Below are positions 1-12,367 of a DNA stretch of 64,000 nt, piece by piece. Position numbers and translations under genes: made by a program. The notes under the pieces were generated by a model. It did not search any database. It was not told the origin of the DNA and worked only from the letters and a program-made list of their open reading frames with translations. The DNA is taken from contig JBITNC010000001.1 in assembly GCA_050084985.1 (NCBI GenBank), forward strand, positions 142,600,001-142,664,000, written 5' to 3'. Position 1 is the first letter of the stretch; the number at the start of each line of letters is the position of its first letter. The DNA comes from Nageia nagi (lineage: Eukaryota; Plantae; Pinophyta).

Positions 1-1710
1 GCTTTCAATGTTGTATTCATTACACCATAAGGAGTACCGATACCATACTCTTTTAAACTTAATTTTCTATGCATAAATAATGATGCTTAATATGAAGCTT
101 TAATATTAGCTATTAAGATTTCTATAGAATTCAAAATAAGAAAATTAAAATTCAATAGTGATTCATTATTAATAGTGAATCAAGTTAAAGGAATTTTTTA
201 ATGTAAACAACCACTACTGAAAAAATATAAGATATTTGTAGATACTCTATTACAATCATATGAAAAATATGAAATGGAGACAACACCTAGATCAACTACT
301 AGGTTTGTTGATGCTATGGCATCGATTGGATCTTTAATACCTTAAGATCCTTATTGAATAGCTATTCATATTGAAGTAATTCAAATCACAAAATCTTCCT
401 TAGAAATGGATAATGAAGGACATGAAGTCTTAGATATTACAATAGAAGATAAAAAGTTATGGCATATTCAATTAGCTAAATTCTTTAAGGATGGAGTTCT
501 ACCTCTAGATTTAACAAAATCAGCTAAAAAGGTGTTCAAATTAAGATCTTTTCACTATTGCATGCTAGGATATATTTTATATCATAGGGGTTTCGATGGA
601 ATATTGCTTATATGTTTTAAGTGGAAAGACTCATAGATTGCAATCTCATGTGCACATGATGAAATATGTGTAGTACACTTTAGTGGTATAGCCATCATTA
701 AATGATTAATACACATAGGATATTATTGGCCTACAATAGAACACAATTATGTTGAATACATTAACATATGTTTTAAATATCAACAACATGCCAATCTGTA
801 TATTCAACCATCACAAGCTTTACAACCTATGTATTCATTATGAAAATTTTCAAGATAGAAATTAGACATTATAGGCCAAATATCCCTAACTTCATCATAT
901 GGTCATAAATTTATAATCACAACAACAAAGTATTTTACAAAATGGGTTGAAGTTATTCCTATGATTTCCATTAAAGGTATAAAAATAGAAAAATTCATAA
1001 AACATCATATCATATGTCATTTTGAAATTCCTGCTCAAATTGTGACAAACAAAATAATTTTAAAAATAAAGAGGTACTATCTTTGTGTAAAGGATATCAT
1101 ATAATGATTAGCTTCTCAATGGCATATTATCCTCAAGGAAATGGATAGGTTGAAGCTACAAATAAAACCATATAGAGTATTTTAATAAAAGCTAATAATA
1201 ATTCCTATAGATATTGGGATGTAAGAATTCCAAATGCTTTATGGGCATATTTCCCTAGCATTAGAACTCCTACTAGGGAAATCCCATTCTCTTTAGTCTA
1301 TGGGGCACAAGTAGTATTACCTTTAGAAATTGAAATACCCTCCCTACGGATTGCTTTGCAATATTATATAACATACAATGAAATCTATCAAACTAGATTT
1401 GATTAATTATTATTATTAGATGAGAGACAAATTCATGCACTATAACATATGTGAACTTATCCAAATCCCATCAAGGATGCTTTTGACAAAAAGGCCAATA
1501 TTTTTGAATTTAAAATAGAATATTTGTTGGTTAAAGAAAATAAATAAACTTCACAAAAGTAATAATAAATTTATGATAAGTTTCCCTTAATTGGTTAGTA
1601 CTATACATTATTAATAAAACATTTGGTTCAAGATCTTATCACATAGCTGATATGGAAGGAAGCGAAGAGCATGAGCCCATAAAAATCATGCATCTTCATC
1701 ATTTCTATAG
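1..1710 (+). pseudogene. Degenerate Tat pol 3' end: archaeal-type RNase H followed by integrase
   Basis: Frame 1 reads YSFKLNFLCINNDA*YEALILAIK...DSLLIVNQVKG...RFVDAMAS (aRH). Then AHDEICVVHF...GYYWPT (HHCC zinc finger region), YFTKWVEV, YYPQGNG and MHLHHFY (INT). Collinear with 61700-63470. Many stops and frameshifts. Confidence 0.93.
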
Positions 1711-2960
1711 TTTAAATATCTTATATCATGATTGTAAATATAGTTTAAATAGAAAAATATTGCACAATAAACTTATAAGCATAAATGAATTGGACAAATG
1801 GAAACAAAAAGGAGCAAAAGTATTCACTTATTATTGTAAAGAAGAGGAATATGATAAATACCATGGTTTGCAAAGATAAGGTATCTAAGAGATAAAGCCA
1901 TATCCAAATTGACATAATTTACTTTTTAAGGGTCTCAAAACTTTCTTTAGCTACTCATTGACATACAAAGGAGTTTGGCTTTGAAGCACTATCCAGGTAA
2001 ATATGATGGATGGAATATATGTGTTAAGGGAGATAATCTTGATATCTACATAGATAAGGTTGTGTATTTCTTAAGGTTTTAGAATTACCATTAGAAAATA
2101 CATAAAATAAACTCATTATGCTAATATGTTCCCATCGTAGCACCTAGGATCATACTAAATTGTACATTCAATGATTGGGTTTTAGATATTACATCTCAAA
2201 ATACACAAAACTTAGATCCAATTCTAAGTTGGATGAATCATCTTGTAGGAGATCTATGTTGTCAAAAGCTAGTGTATGATTTTTCTACTACATTTATGTA
2301 CAAACTAAAGAAATAAAAAAAATTAAACAAAATATTAATCAATGATTTTATCCTTTGAATTCAAGTTTCCTTTGTCTTCCTTATCGTAATAGTCAAATAA
2401 AATTTTTGACATTAAAAGGATTAGAGGTCTCTAAACAAACATAATTCCAATTTGATTACATAAATCAAGATTTCATGGACATATATAGAGGAGATGTCTA
2501 CATGAAATCATTACAAAAATATCCTTCTACACTCATTTCCCAATTTTTAGCTTTACCAAGAGAAATGCAAAAAGTGACAGCCATAAAATATTATGAGAAT
2601 TATACATCAAATGCATGTACACTAAAGATGAATGATTTAAAGGTTTTCATTAAGGTAGAATCTCAAGAAATGTGGATAGAACAAGAATATGAAATTAGTT
2701 CACTCCACTTATTATTTCTACATTGGCCTTATGATAAACCTAAAATATTATTAAATTGTAATGATCATGTTAACTTCAAATTTATGGGATGTTCAATCTC
2801 TAGAATTGAAGTTATTTATGAGAAAATCATGATCTATATCATTCCATCCATTTCAAATGATGAAATTATATATGATTATAGTTCATTGTTTAGCAAATAT
2901 TAGTGTGTATAATCCCATGAATGTGAAAGCATGATTCAAGTGAATCACACAACATCTTAA
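1711..2960 (+). pseudogene. Decayed unknown coding region directly following integrase (includes ORFs 1652-1879 and 2475-2903)
   Basis: The INT frame has no stop after HHFY, unlike HFYA* at 63470. Coding-like sequence continues to ~2960 with a twice-occurring motif, PRIILNC (~2143) and PKILLNC (~2739). Confidence 0.45.
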
Positions 2961-3652
2961 TCAAAGAAATAAAATCAAAATAGAAAGTGTAAGCCCTCTT
3001 CCAATCCATGTTGAGAGTGTGGGTGTATTTTAGTTGTTGAAAATCTAATCCCAAAAGTCTCATTTCCACTCTCTTCATTACCACTAATTCTTCCATCACA
3101 TTTGTCATTGTATCCTACATATATACCATCCTTTCTACAACTCTCTAAGGTGCATAATGAAGCTTCATCTTCATCTGTGGAACCAAAGACAATTATTAGA
3201 AAGTTTAAGCCAAAACCAACACCATCACACATTATATTACTTACACAATTCATTTTTTATCCCATTGGTTTTCAACCATTCATTCTTGGACAAGGTCCTA
3301 CTCACCTTCAATTGAGACCCCCATACTACTACTTTTTGAGTCATAGACATGTGAATTTTAGAGACACCATTAAAAAGTTTCTAATCACTTTGCATCATGC
3401 TAAAAAATAAATAATGATAATAAAATTGAAAAAAATAAAACCTATAAATAAAGAAAAAAATACAAAATCAACTAAAAAGTTCAAAATTCTATAAAAAAAT
3501 GAAAATGTACATAGTGTACATATTTCATGTATATATTGCTTAAGTTTCTTTACAAGATTTATCATTAAATTAATGCAAATAAAGGTATATATACATTATT
3601 TTACATAAATTTGTGATAATTTCTAAATCCAATAATATAAAATTATAGATAG

Positions 3653-4357
3653 GTGATCATGTATGATATCATGAGTCATCTGCATTATGTTTTTGAACCT
3701 ACTAATCAACTTATATTTTATCTAACCTACATACCACCTACCAGTTGGGAATTATCTTCCCTCCAAACCATGTATTCACCATGTACATTTGTTAGCCCAC
3801 ATATAGATACACACACCTTATTAGAAAATATGGATCTCAATCATTTTCATGAGCTTCCTGATAGTAGTCAACATGAAATCATTTCTATGGAAATATTTTC
3901 AAGTGCTATTAACAAATCCAATCGAGCATTTAGTGAATTAGATGGTTCTTTGTATGTGAGTGTTGTAATCAATCACAAACCATGGTGGGGAACTTATTTC
4001 ATTTATGATATACCTAGTGAAGAGTTTCTCCAAAACCTCATTTATTTACTCTTTAAGACATATTTCATATGGAGAATTTCAATCAATGCACGTGTTAACA
4101 CATTTGTATGTCGAGTCATTACATTTCTTAGGCCTCCATCATTACATTCCCATGAGTCATTTGATATAGTTACCATCGCTCACATAGTGTCACAAAATAT
4201 ATTTTATTGGATACCATATTTTCTTCTATTATTACACACCATCCATCATGTTGTTCCATTGATCCTTCTATTCATACATGATGTCACTTTCACACCATCT
4301 CTCATAGTCAATTATTGTAGTCCTTCATACAACATGGGTTTAATCATGGAGAGTTAG
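3653..4357 (+). pseudogene. Extra 3' ORF (234 aa) resembling a degenerate gag-linker/aspartic protease domain without the catalytic motif
   Basis: DGSLYVSVVINHKPWWGT...SEEFLQNL aligns by eye with the protease of Tat B, SLYITPMVDGWEVKRTMVDNG...SHHFLIQL (58880). Flanked by A-rich linkers at 3400-3510 and 4370-4500. Confidence 0.4.
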
Positions 4358-5068
4358 ATGAAGATTAGATCAACAAAAATTATAAAAATAAAAAATCTAA
4401 AATTCCTAAAAAATAAAATATTTTTAAAATCCAAACAAATCAAAATATCTAAAAAAATAAAAAAATTCTATCAAAAACATAAAAATTATTTATATAAATA
4501 CACACTTAAAAATTATATTTTTGAAGCATCTTAGCCATTGGGTGCATTGCCCTATGTATATGTACCATATCATTATGTTCATTATATTTTTTCCATTAGT
4601 TCTATTATTAAAAAACTATTAAGTGTAAGACATGATGATTTTAGTAACTTAGTAAGGTATATATATGAACCATACATCCATCCATATATTATTTATATGT
4701 ATATAATTATACATGCAAGTAAATAAGTATATGAATATAATATTCATATTTGATTTTGTCAAAATATCTTCTATAATTTTTTTGAAACTTATGATGATAA
4801 ATAAATATAACCTTGATATATTTTCAGGATATTGTGAACTCATACACTTTAGCATATTTTAAAATCTGAATACAATAAAAAATAAGATGTTACTTGAGCA
4901 TAATTTCAAGTGAAATTTTTTATTATTTATCCTATGATGCACTTAATATCAAACCAAAGGGATCCAAAAAAGAAAAAAAGGAAAAAGAAAAATGAAATAA
5001 TGAAAAAGAAAAAAAAATTCAAAATCACAAATAAAAAAAGTAAAAAGATACAATTACATGATTCTTGG

Positions 5069-7112
5069 TGTTGAGCAAAGTGTTTTCAACACATTTAGTG
5101 GGATCTAGTTGGTATTGTGATATAGTATTTGGAGCATGGATAGATATGTTTAGTGATATTGAGGATGTATTTGATGCTCATTTAAAGTTGGTGCAAGTAA
5201 TTTATGCAAATCTACAAAAATTGCAAAAGTTGTCAAAAAGTTGTAAAACTTGTAAACCTTGTCAGAAAGTTGTTTGGATCTTATTTGGAGATATTTTATG
5301 CATGTGTGGATATGTTCAATGCTTGGAAAAAGTTTTTGCAGCATGTTTTTGTAAAATTTCAAAAGATGCAAAAGTTGCCAAAAATTTGCAAAAGTTGCAA
5401 AAATTGCAAAAGTTACAAATATTGTGCATATGTGCTAATGGATTATGTTGGATAGCCCAACATATTATTTGGAGCCTTATTTATCAATTGGAATTCAAGT
5501 TGTCATGTTCATTTAGTGTTAGACAAATTTTGGTACCGTTTTGGACCTCATGATAATTTTGCTAGAATAGGTTAATTTCACTTTGATGAGTGTTCAAATA
5601 GTATAAATTAGTGTTAAACATATAAACATGTCTAACAAACATTTAAACATGGTGTTTGAGGTGCAATATTAGTGTTTGGGATGGTTGGAGGCATTTGTAG
5701 TACTTGATTGGGCAATTATACACTTTATAATAGGTTGAAAAAGTGACTTGAATTCCATTTTGTAGGTGGTATATTAAAAAAATAATTAAGAGTTAGAATA
5801 CAAAATTTTAACTAGAGGTATTTGGTACTAATATGTGTATACATTTCAAATTTCAAATCAAACAAACATTTGAGGAAGAAATGGCATGTATTAATAAAAG
5901 ATAATTTCTCACTTTTTCAATTTTGGATAATTTTGTAGGACTGCATTAATATGGTAAACTCCTTTGTGTTATATCATAAATTTTAAAATATGATGATTGA
6001 TTGATGATAAGATCATCAAAATGAGAAACTTTGCTTTTTTTAACCATCTCAATCTAAAGTCCTGAGGTATGAGTTTGACCAAGGTGTCCCTACTTTAGCT
6101 GTGAAGTGTTTGACAAAATGTCTCTTTAAAATGTGATGGTTTTGCATATTTTACATTATTAAAATATATGAATATATTCTATCATATGGCATAGTTTGTA
6201 GAAAAATCATCTTTATTAGAATTAAGTGGCATAATAAAATAATGACATTTTGGAGGTATACATGTAAATAGAAATGGCCGAAAAACTTATTGAGTTTCTT
6301 AAAGAGAATATAGAGGTGTTTATTTTTTTCTTTAAGAGAAGTGCAAGAGTTGGTTACTTTTTTAAAAAGGAGAAAAGATATTTATAATAAGGAGTTACAA
6401 AAAGGTTTTATTTTTTCTCATGAAAATAGTGAAAAAGAGATAATGAAGGGTGTATCATGATTTTGGATATACCTTTTAATCTATAACTCCATTTGAACCC
6501 ATTCCTTTTCTAGAGCATGTGAAATTTGAAGATATATAAGTTAATTATGTATCCCATGGGATATGTCATTGAAAGCTAAAAATATAATCTTATGGTATGA
6601 ATTCATAATTTTATTTTGAGAGTTTTTGTTGAGCTTGTGGAAAAAGTTTTTATTATGTGTACAAAGAATTAGCTTTTAGATTATTGGAGTGTAGTGGGAT
6701 TAAGATAATTAGTGTGAGCAGAGATTGAATTTGAGCAAGATCATTTAGGGTATTCAAGAATTGGATTCATTTTTTCTACAAATTTGAGATCTTACTAAGT
6801 GGGTGCTTTGCAATTAGGGTTGAAGCTTCATGCATTGGATGCTACAAAATATTTGGTTTGTTGGTGCCATCCTCATAGTGGATGCTACAAAAATTTATAA
6901 AATTCTATCCATTTTATTTTGAACTAGATTTGGATGGAAGCCCAAGCATTCCATTAGCATAGTGGTTTTTTCCACATCGAGTTTCTACTATAAATCTTGT
7001 GTTATGTGATGCATGCTTTTGTGAGCATGTTTGATTGCTAAATTTTTATAGTTGGTTAAAGTTTTAATTCACACTAATTCACCCCCCTCTCAGTGTCACA
7101 CATAGTTCAACA
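5069..7112 (+). repeat. 5' LTR of Copia 1
   Basis: Starts TGTTGAGCAAAG and ends TAGTTCAACA. Direct repeat of 12368-14439 (15 mismatches in one hand-aligned 120-bp block). Contains 9-bp GCAAAAGTT-type repeats at ~5210-5420. Confidence 0.95.
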
Positions 7113-7114
7113 AT

Positions 7115-7126
7115 TGGTATCAAAGT
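7115..7126 (+). promoter_or_regulatory. Primer-binding site (tRNA-iMet type)
   Basis: TGGTATCAAAGT, 2 nt after the LTR end; canonical form is TGGTATCAGAGC. Confidence 0.9.
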
Positions 7127-7178
7127 GGGTTCTAAAGTTAGGCTTAATCATCTAGGAGAGATCTTGGTTTGTGATAGT

Positions 7179-10100
7179 ATGGCCAGTGGTGAAGGTTTCT
7201 CATCGAAATACATGAAATTATGCTTTTTGGAGAATCAACATGGAAACTTATCTTTTTGCATTGGGATACAATGTATGGGATGTAGTAAAAAATGGATACA
7301 TAGCACCTTGTACTCCTCCAAATGATGATACAACAAAGAATTTATTTAAGTATGATGATAGAGCAAAGAATGCACTTATGTGTAGCTTAATCGATAATGA
7401 ACTTGTAAAAATGATGGGATGCAAGACAATGAAATACATATGAGATAAGTTGGAAATAATTCATGAAGGTGATGATAAGATTAAAGAAGCTAAGTTGTAT
7501 ACTCATTGAGCTCAATTTTAAGTACTCAAGCTGAATGAAGATGAGATCATAAAGGCTTACATGTTGTGAGTCAATGAGGTTATCAATGCAATTTAAGGAA
7601 TTGGTGAAAAAATAAAGGATTCCTTCATTGTAAAAAAGGTATTGAGATCTTTTCCTCTTCGATTTGATTCTAAAGTCTAAGTGATAGAAGAAGATAAAGA
7701 TTTGAATAGTTTTAGTATGGATGAAATGCATGGTTCATTAACTGTACATGAAATGAGAATCAAAAAAATAAAACCCATTGATAGAGAAACAACATTTAAA
7801 GTGCAAAAAAATTCAATACTAAAATAAGATTCAAAGGAATAAGAACTATCTAAAAATATGGAAGCAAATTTGTTTTGTAAATTAAAAAGAGGTAAGGGAA
7901 AATATAAAGGAAAATTGCCATTCAAATATTTCAATTATAGAGATGTTGGACATTTTGTAGGTAAATGTCCTTACAAGAAAAAGAACAATAATGAGGAAGA
8001 GTCATACAAAAAAAGAAGCAATAGAAAGAAATCCAATTTAAAAGGAACAAACCAAAGAAAAGGAGCTTCATATAAAAATGCAAGTTCATTAGATGAGAGT
8101 CCCAATGGTGAGTTCAAGGAAGAATACAATGAAGTATTAATTATGGAATTTGAAGATAAACAATCGAAAGAAGAAGAAAAAGAAGAAGAGATAAATGAAA
8201 AAGAAATTGAAGCAAAAGTTGATCTAGAAGGAAAATTGATTGTAGGCTTAGATGAATTGGGAAAGAAAAGAAAAAACCTTAAAAAGACATCAAGAATACA
8301 TGGTGATGCAAATGATATTATAACAAGTTCAAAATTGCAAGTTAAAGAATCCAAAAAAATACATGAAGATCTAGAGGTGAAACTTATTGTCAAAATTGAA
8401 AATTGTAGTAAATTGAAAGAGGAGATAGTCAATTTGAGGATGCAGTTGGAAGAAATAACTCAGAGAATTAATCCATGTATTTAGTTATTGAGAAAAGTTT
8501 CACAAAGTTGGGAGAAATAAGAAAAAGGACAACAAAATTCTTCAAACATGTTTGGTTTGTTTAGAAATAAGGGTAATCATCAAATAGGATAGTGATCAAG
8601 AATACAATAGTTTTCAAGAAAGTAGAAAATAAACCAATATAAGAGGATGCAAGGCAAAAGAGGAATGTTGATGATGGATTCACAAAAGTATAATGCTAAA
8701 AAAGAAGGAAATTCATGATTAAATATTTCCATTAATGGCTATTGTTTTAAATGTAATACTTATGATCATAAGTTATCAAATTGCAAATTTAATGTTGCAC
8801 TAAGAAATTTTGTAAGTAGGAATGCATTTGGACAATTAATAGAATATTCAGTAAAATGCTATAATTGTCATAACTTTGGATACATAGTAAGATTTTGTAG
8901 AAATAACTTTTTTTCAAGTAGTATTCAAGATAGAAGATTTCAATCCATGAGGCAAGATAGAAAATCCAAGAAAACTCTATGTAGGAAACAAAAAATGAAG
9001 AACAAGTACAAGAGCCCAAACCTAAAGTAAAATAGGTATGAAAGGAGAAAGAGAAATAAAATAATGATGAGAAATCACTAATAGTACAAACAACTTTTAA
9101 AGCACATGATAAACTAGATTCATGGATACTAGACAATGGTTGTTCTAGCCATATGATCGATGATAAAAGGATATTTGAGAAACTATAATAGTATGAAGGT
9201 GGATCAATAAAATTTGGTAATAATGATGGAGCAAAGATTGTTGGCAGAGGGACAATTAAGATTAATGATGGAAAGATCAAGTCATAAGAAGTATTATTTG
9301 TGATCAGGTTGAAACATAGTCTATTAAGTGTCAGTCAAATTTACAATAAAGGAAATGATGTAACATTCAAAAAATATGGATGTGAACTTAGAAGAATAGA
9401 CAGTGATAGGTTAGTTGCAATTGGAAAAGGACTTCCAAAAATTTGTATACATTGATAGAGATTTTAGAGGGATCATATTTTCTTGGAAATAAGGATGAAG
9501 ATTATATTTGGAATAAGAGCCTTGGGAATATTAGCTTTGTTAATTTAGTAAAAATATGTTCAAAGACGGCTATGAGAGATATACCCAATATTACAAAATC
9601 ATCCAATACCATTTGTGATTCATGTTAGAAAGGAAAGCAAACCAAAGCTAAATTCAAAGTGAAAGACTATCATACTAGCAAGCCTTTAGAACTAATACAT
9701 ACAAACTTTTGTAGACACATGAGAACACAAAGCATAAATGGAAAAAAATATTTTATGTTATTTATTGATGATTATACAAGAATGATATGGGTACAATTTT
9801 TAAAGCACAAATCAAAAGTTCTTGACATGTTTAAGGCATTCAAGAACCAAGTTAAGAATCAAATGAAAAGATGAATTAAGTACCTATAGTCAAATAGAGG
9901 AGGTGAGTTTATATTAGAGGATTTTGAAGAGTATTGTATAGAGCATGGTATCAAGAGAATTTTCAATAGCAAGGACACCACAATAGAATGGAGTTATAGA
10001 AAGGAAAAAGAGAGTAGTATAAGAAATGAATAGAACTATGTTTAACAAAAGAAAAATAGCTAACAAATTTTTGAAGGAAGCAATTAACACAACATTATAC

Positions 10101-12151
10101 ATTCAAAATAGATGCTTATTGAGACCATATAAAAATAAGATACCATATGAGTTTTGGTTTGGTAGAAAAGCAACAGTGAGATATTTCAAGGCATTTGGAA
10201 GCAAATGCTATAGCAAGAAAATTGATAAAAATATTGGCAAATTTGAAGATAGATCAGATGAAGACATGTTCCTTGGATATTTGAAAAAAAAGTAAAGCAT
10301 ATAAGTCTTACAATAAAAGATTGAGAAAAATAATTAATAGTGCTGATGTCAAGGTTAATCAAAAGAGAGAATTACCAAAAAATGATGATAACAACTTTAT
10401 AATTTATGAAGAGATTATTGAAGGAGATAAGAGAGAGAAAATAAGAAAAAAAGAATAAAAAATGACTTAGAGGAATAAAAGTTGAAAGAAAATAAGAAAT
10501 TCAAAACAAGAAGTTAGCAAAAAGATCATCCTAAAGAGAAAATAATTGGATATCCTAACAATGGAATTCAAATAAGAAGAAGAGTAATGAGGAATTATTC
10601 TTTTTTATCTAGTATAGAACCTAAAAATGTTGTTGAGGCAAGTTAAGATGAAATTTGGATAAAATCAATGGAAGAGAAATTGAACTAGATTGAGAAAAAT
10701 AAAACATGGGAACTATTACTGAGGCCCAAAAACAAAAATGTGATCTACACAAAGTGGATCTTTCAAAACAAATTAAATGAGGATGGAAAAGTAGTAAGAA
10801 ATAGAGCAAGATTGGTATGCAAGGGATATGCACAAGTTAAAGGTATTGATTTTGAGGAAAGTTTTGCACCAGTAGCTAGACTTGAGGCAATTCAAATGTT
10901 TCTTGTTCTTGCAATGTATTAGAACTTCAAAGTATATCAAATGGATGCAAAATCAATATTTTTAAATAGAAAAATTGAAGAGCAAGTCTACATTGAATAA
11001 CCTAATGATTTTCAACTTTAAAAGGATCCAAATATGGTATTCAAACTAAAAAAGGTATTGTATGGTCTAAAACAAACACCTTGTGCTTGGTATGAGAGAT
11101 TGGATACCTTTCTCCAATAACAAGGCTTTAAAAAAGGTATGGTTGATAGCAATCTTTATTGAAATATGAAAAGGACTATCAAATTATTATTGTTGTGTAT
11201 GTGGATGATATCATATTTAGAGGATGCAAATATGAGTTATGTAAAAAATTTGCCAATCAAATGCAAAGTAAGTTTGAAATGTCCATGATAGGTGAACTTT
11301 GATACATTCTTGGTCTTCAAGTAAATCAATTAAAGAATGGCATTTTCATTTCTTAAATTAAGTATACTAAAGAAATGCTAAAGAAGTTCACTATAGATGA
11401 TTGTAAGCCACTTAGAAATCCAATGACAACATGTTGCAAGTTGAGAAAAGATGACAAGTCACCACTAGTCAATCAAACCATGTACACATCTATGATAGGA
11501 AGCTTGTTGTACTTGAAAACCACATGACTAGATATTTTACAAGCAGTTTGCATGGTTGTATAGTTTCAAATAGGTCCAAAAGAAACACATGTCTTAGCAG
11601 TAAAATACATTTTTTGGTATCTCAAAGGAATAATGGATTATGGTATTTGGTACCCAAAAGGCAAGGATTTCACACTTATATTGTATTCAAATGTTGATTT
11701 GTTAGGTTGTATGGATGATAGGAAGAGCACTAGTGGAGGTACATTTTATCTTGGTGATAGACTTATAGCATAACATAGTAAGAAGTAAGAGTCAATATCC
11801 TTATCTATAGTAGAAACAAAATATCTTATAGTAGTATTATGTTGCACCTAGGTACTTTGGATGAAGGAAACTCTAAAAAATCTTGGTATTCATTTTAGTG
11901 AACCTATTTCAGTAAATTGTGATAATAGAAGTGCTATAAACATTTCAAATATTCTAGTAATGCACTTTTACAGAAAATGCATTGCTATATGATATCATTT
12001 CTTGAATGAGAAAGTTATTGAAGGAGAGATTAGGTTAGAATTTTTCCCAACAATAGAACAAGTAGAAGACATTTTTACAAAACCATGTCCTAAGGAAGTT
12101 TTTGAGTACCTTCATAAAATGTTGGGAGTGACTCTACTTCCCAAGAATTAA
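7179..12151 (+). pseudogene. Copia 1 gag-pol pseudogene
   Basis: METYLFALGYNVWDVVKNGY and a UBN2-like gag region; knuckle GHFVGKCP; coiled-coil extension; PR SWILDNGCSSHM (~9120); INT PLELIHTNFC/FIDDYTRMIWV; [32 protein letters not shown] and VYVDDII; RH DDRKSTSGG/DIFTK. Many stops. Confidence 0.95.
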
Positions 12152-12174
12152 CTAGCATTTGAGACCACATTCTT

Positions 12175-12367
12175 AGGGGGATCATTTTGTTACTATCTTA
12201 TCTTTCTACTTTTGTTTATGATTTTATTATCGATATTAATATTTTCTTAAGAATGTTATGTATGGAATCAGGGGGAGTTTGCAGCAACCCTTTGTCATTA
12301 TTATCAAAGGGGGAGAAAAGTTGTAGGTATTTGCTTGTGTGTGGCCAATAATTCTAAAGGAGGAGAT
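12175..12367 (+). promoter_or_regulatory. Multiple polypurine tracts upstream of the 3' LTR (Sirevirus signature)
   Basis: TAGGGGGA (~12175), CAGGGGGAG (~12269), AAAGGGGGAGAA (~12306) and AAAGGAGGAGAT (abutting the LTR). Confidence 0.85.

Noticed and set aside
5065-5553. 162-aa ORF with LQKLQKL repeats, and similar ORFs at 12512, 15623 and 15703
   Set aside because: They arise from 9-bp GCAAAAGTT repeats in Copia LTRs, and the frame is not preserved in the sister LTR.
7971-9280. Long hydrophobic or Ser/Phe-rich minus-strand ORFs (also 29193-29675, 41516-42046, 53836-54156)
   Set aside because: Antisense shadows of purine-rich K/E-coding plus-strand TE sequence.
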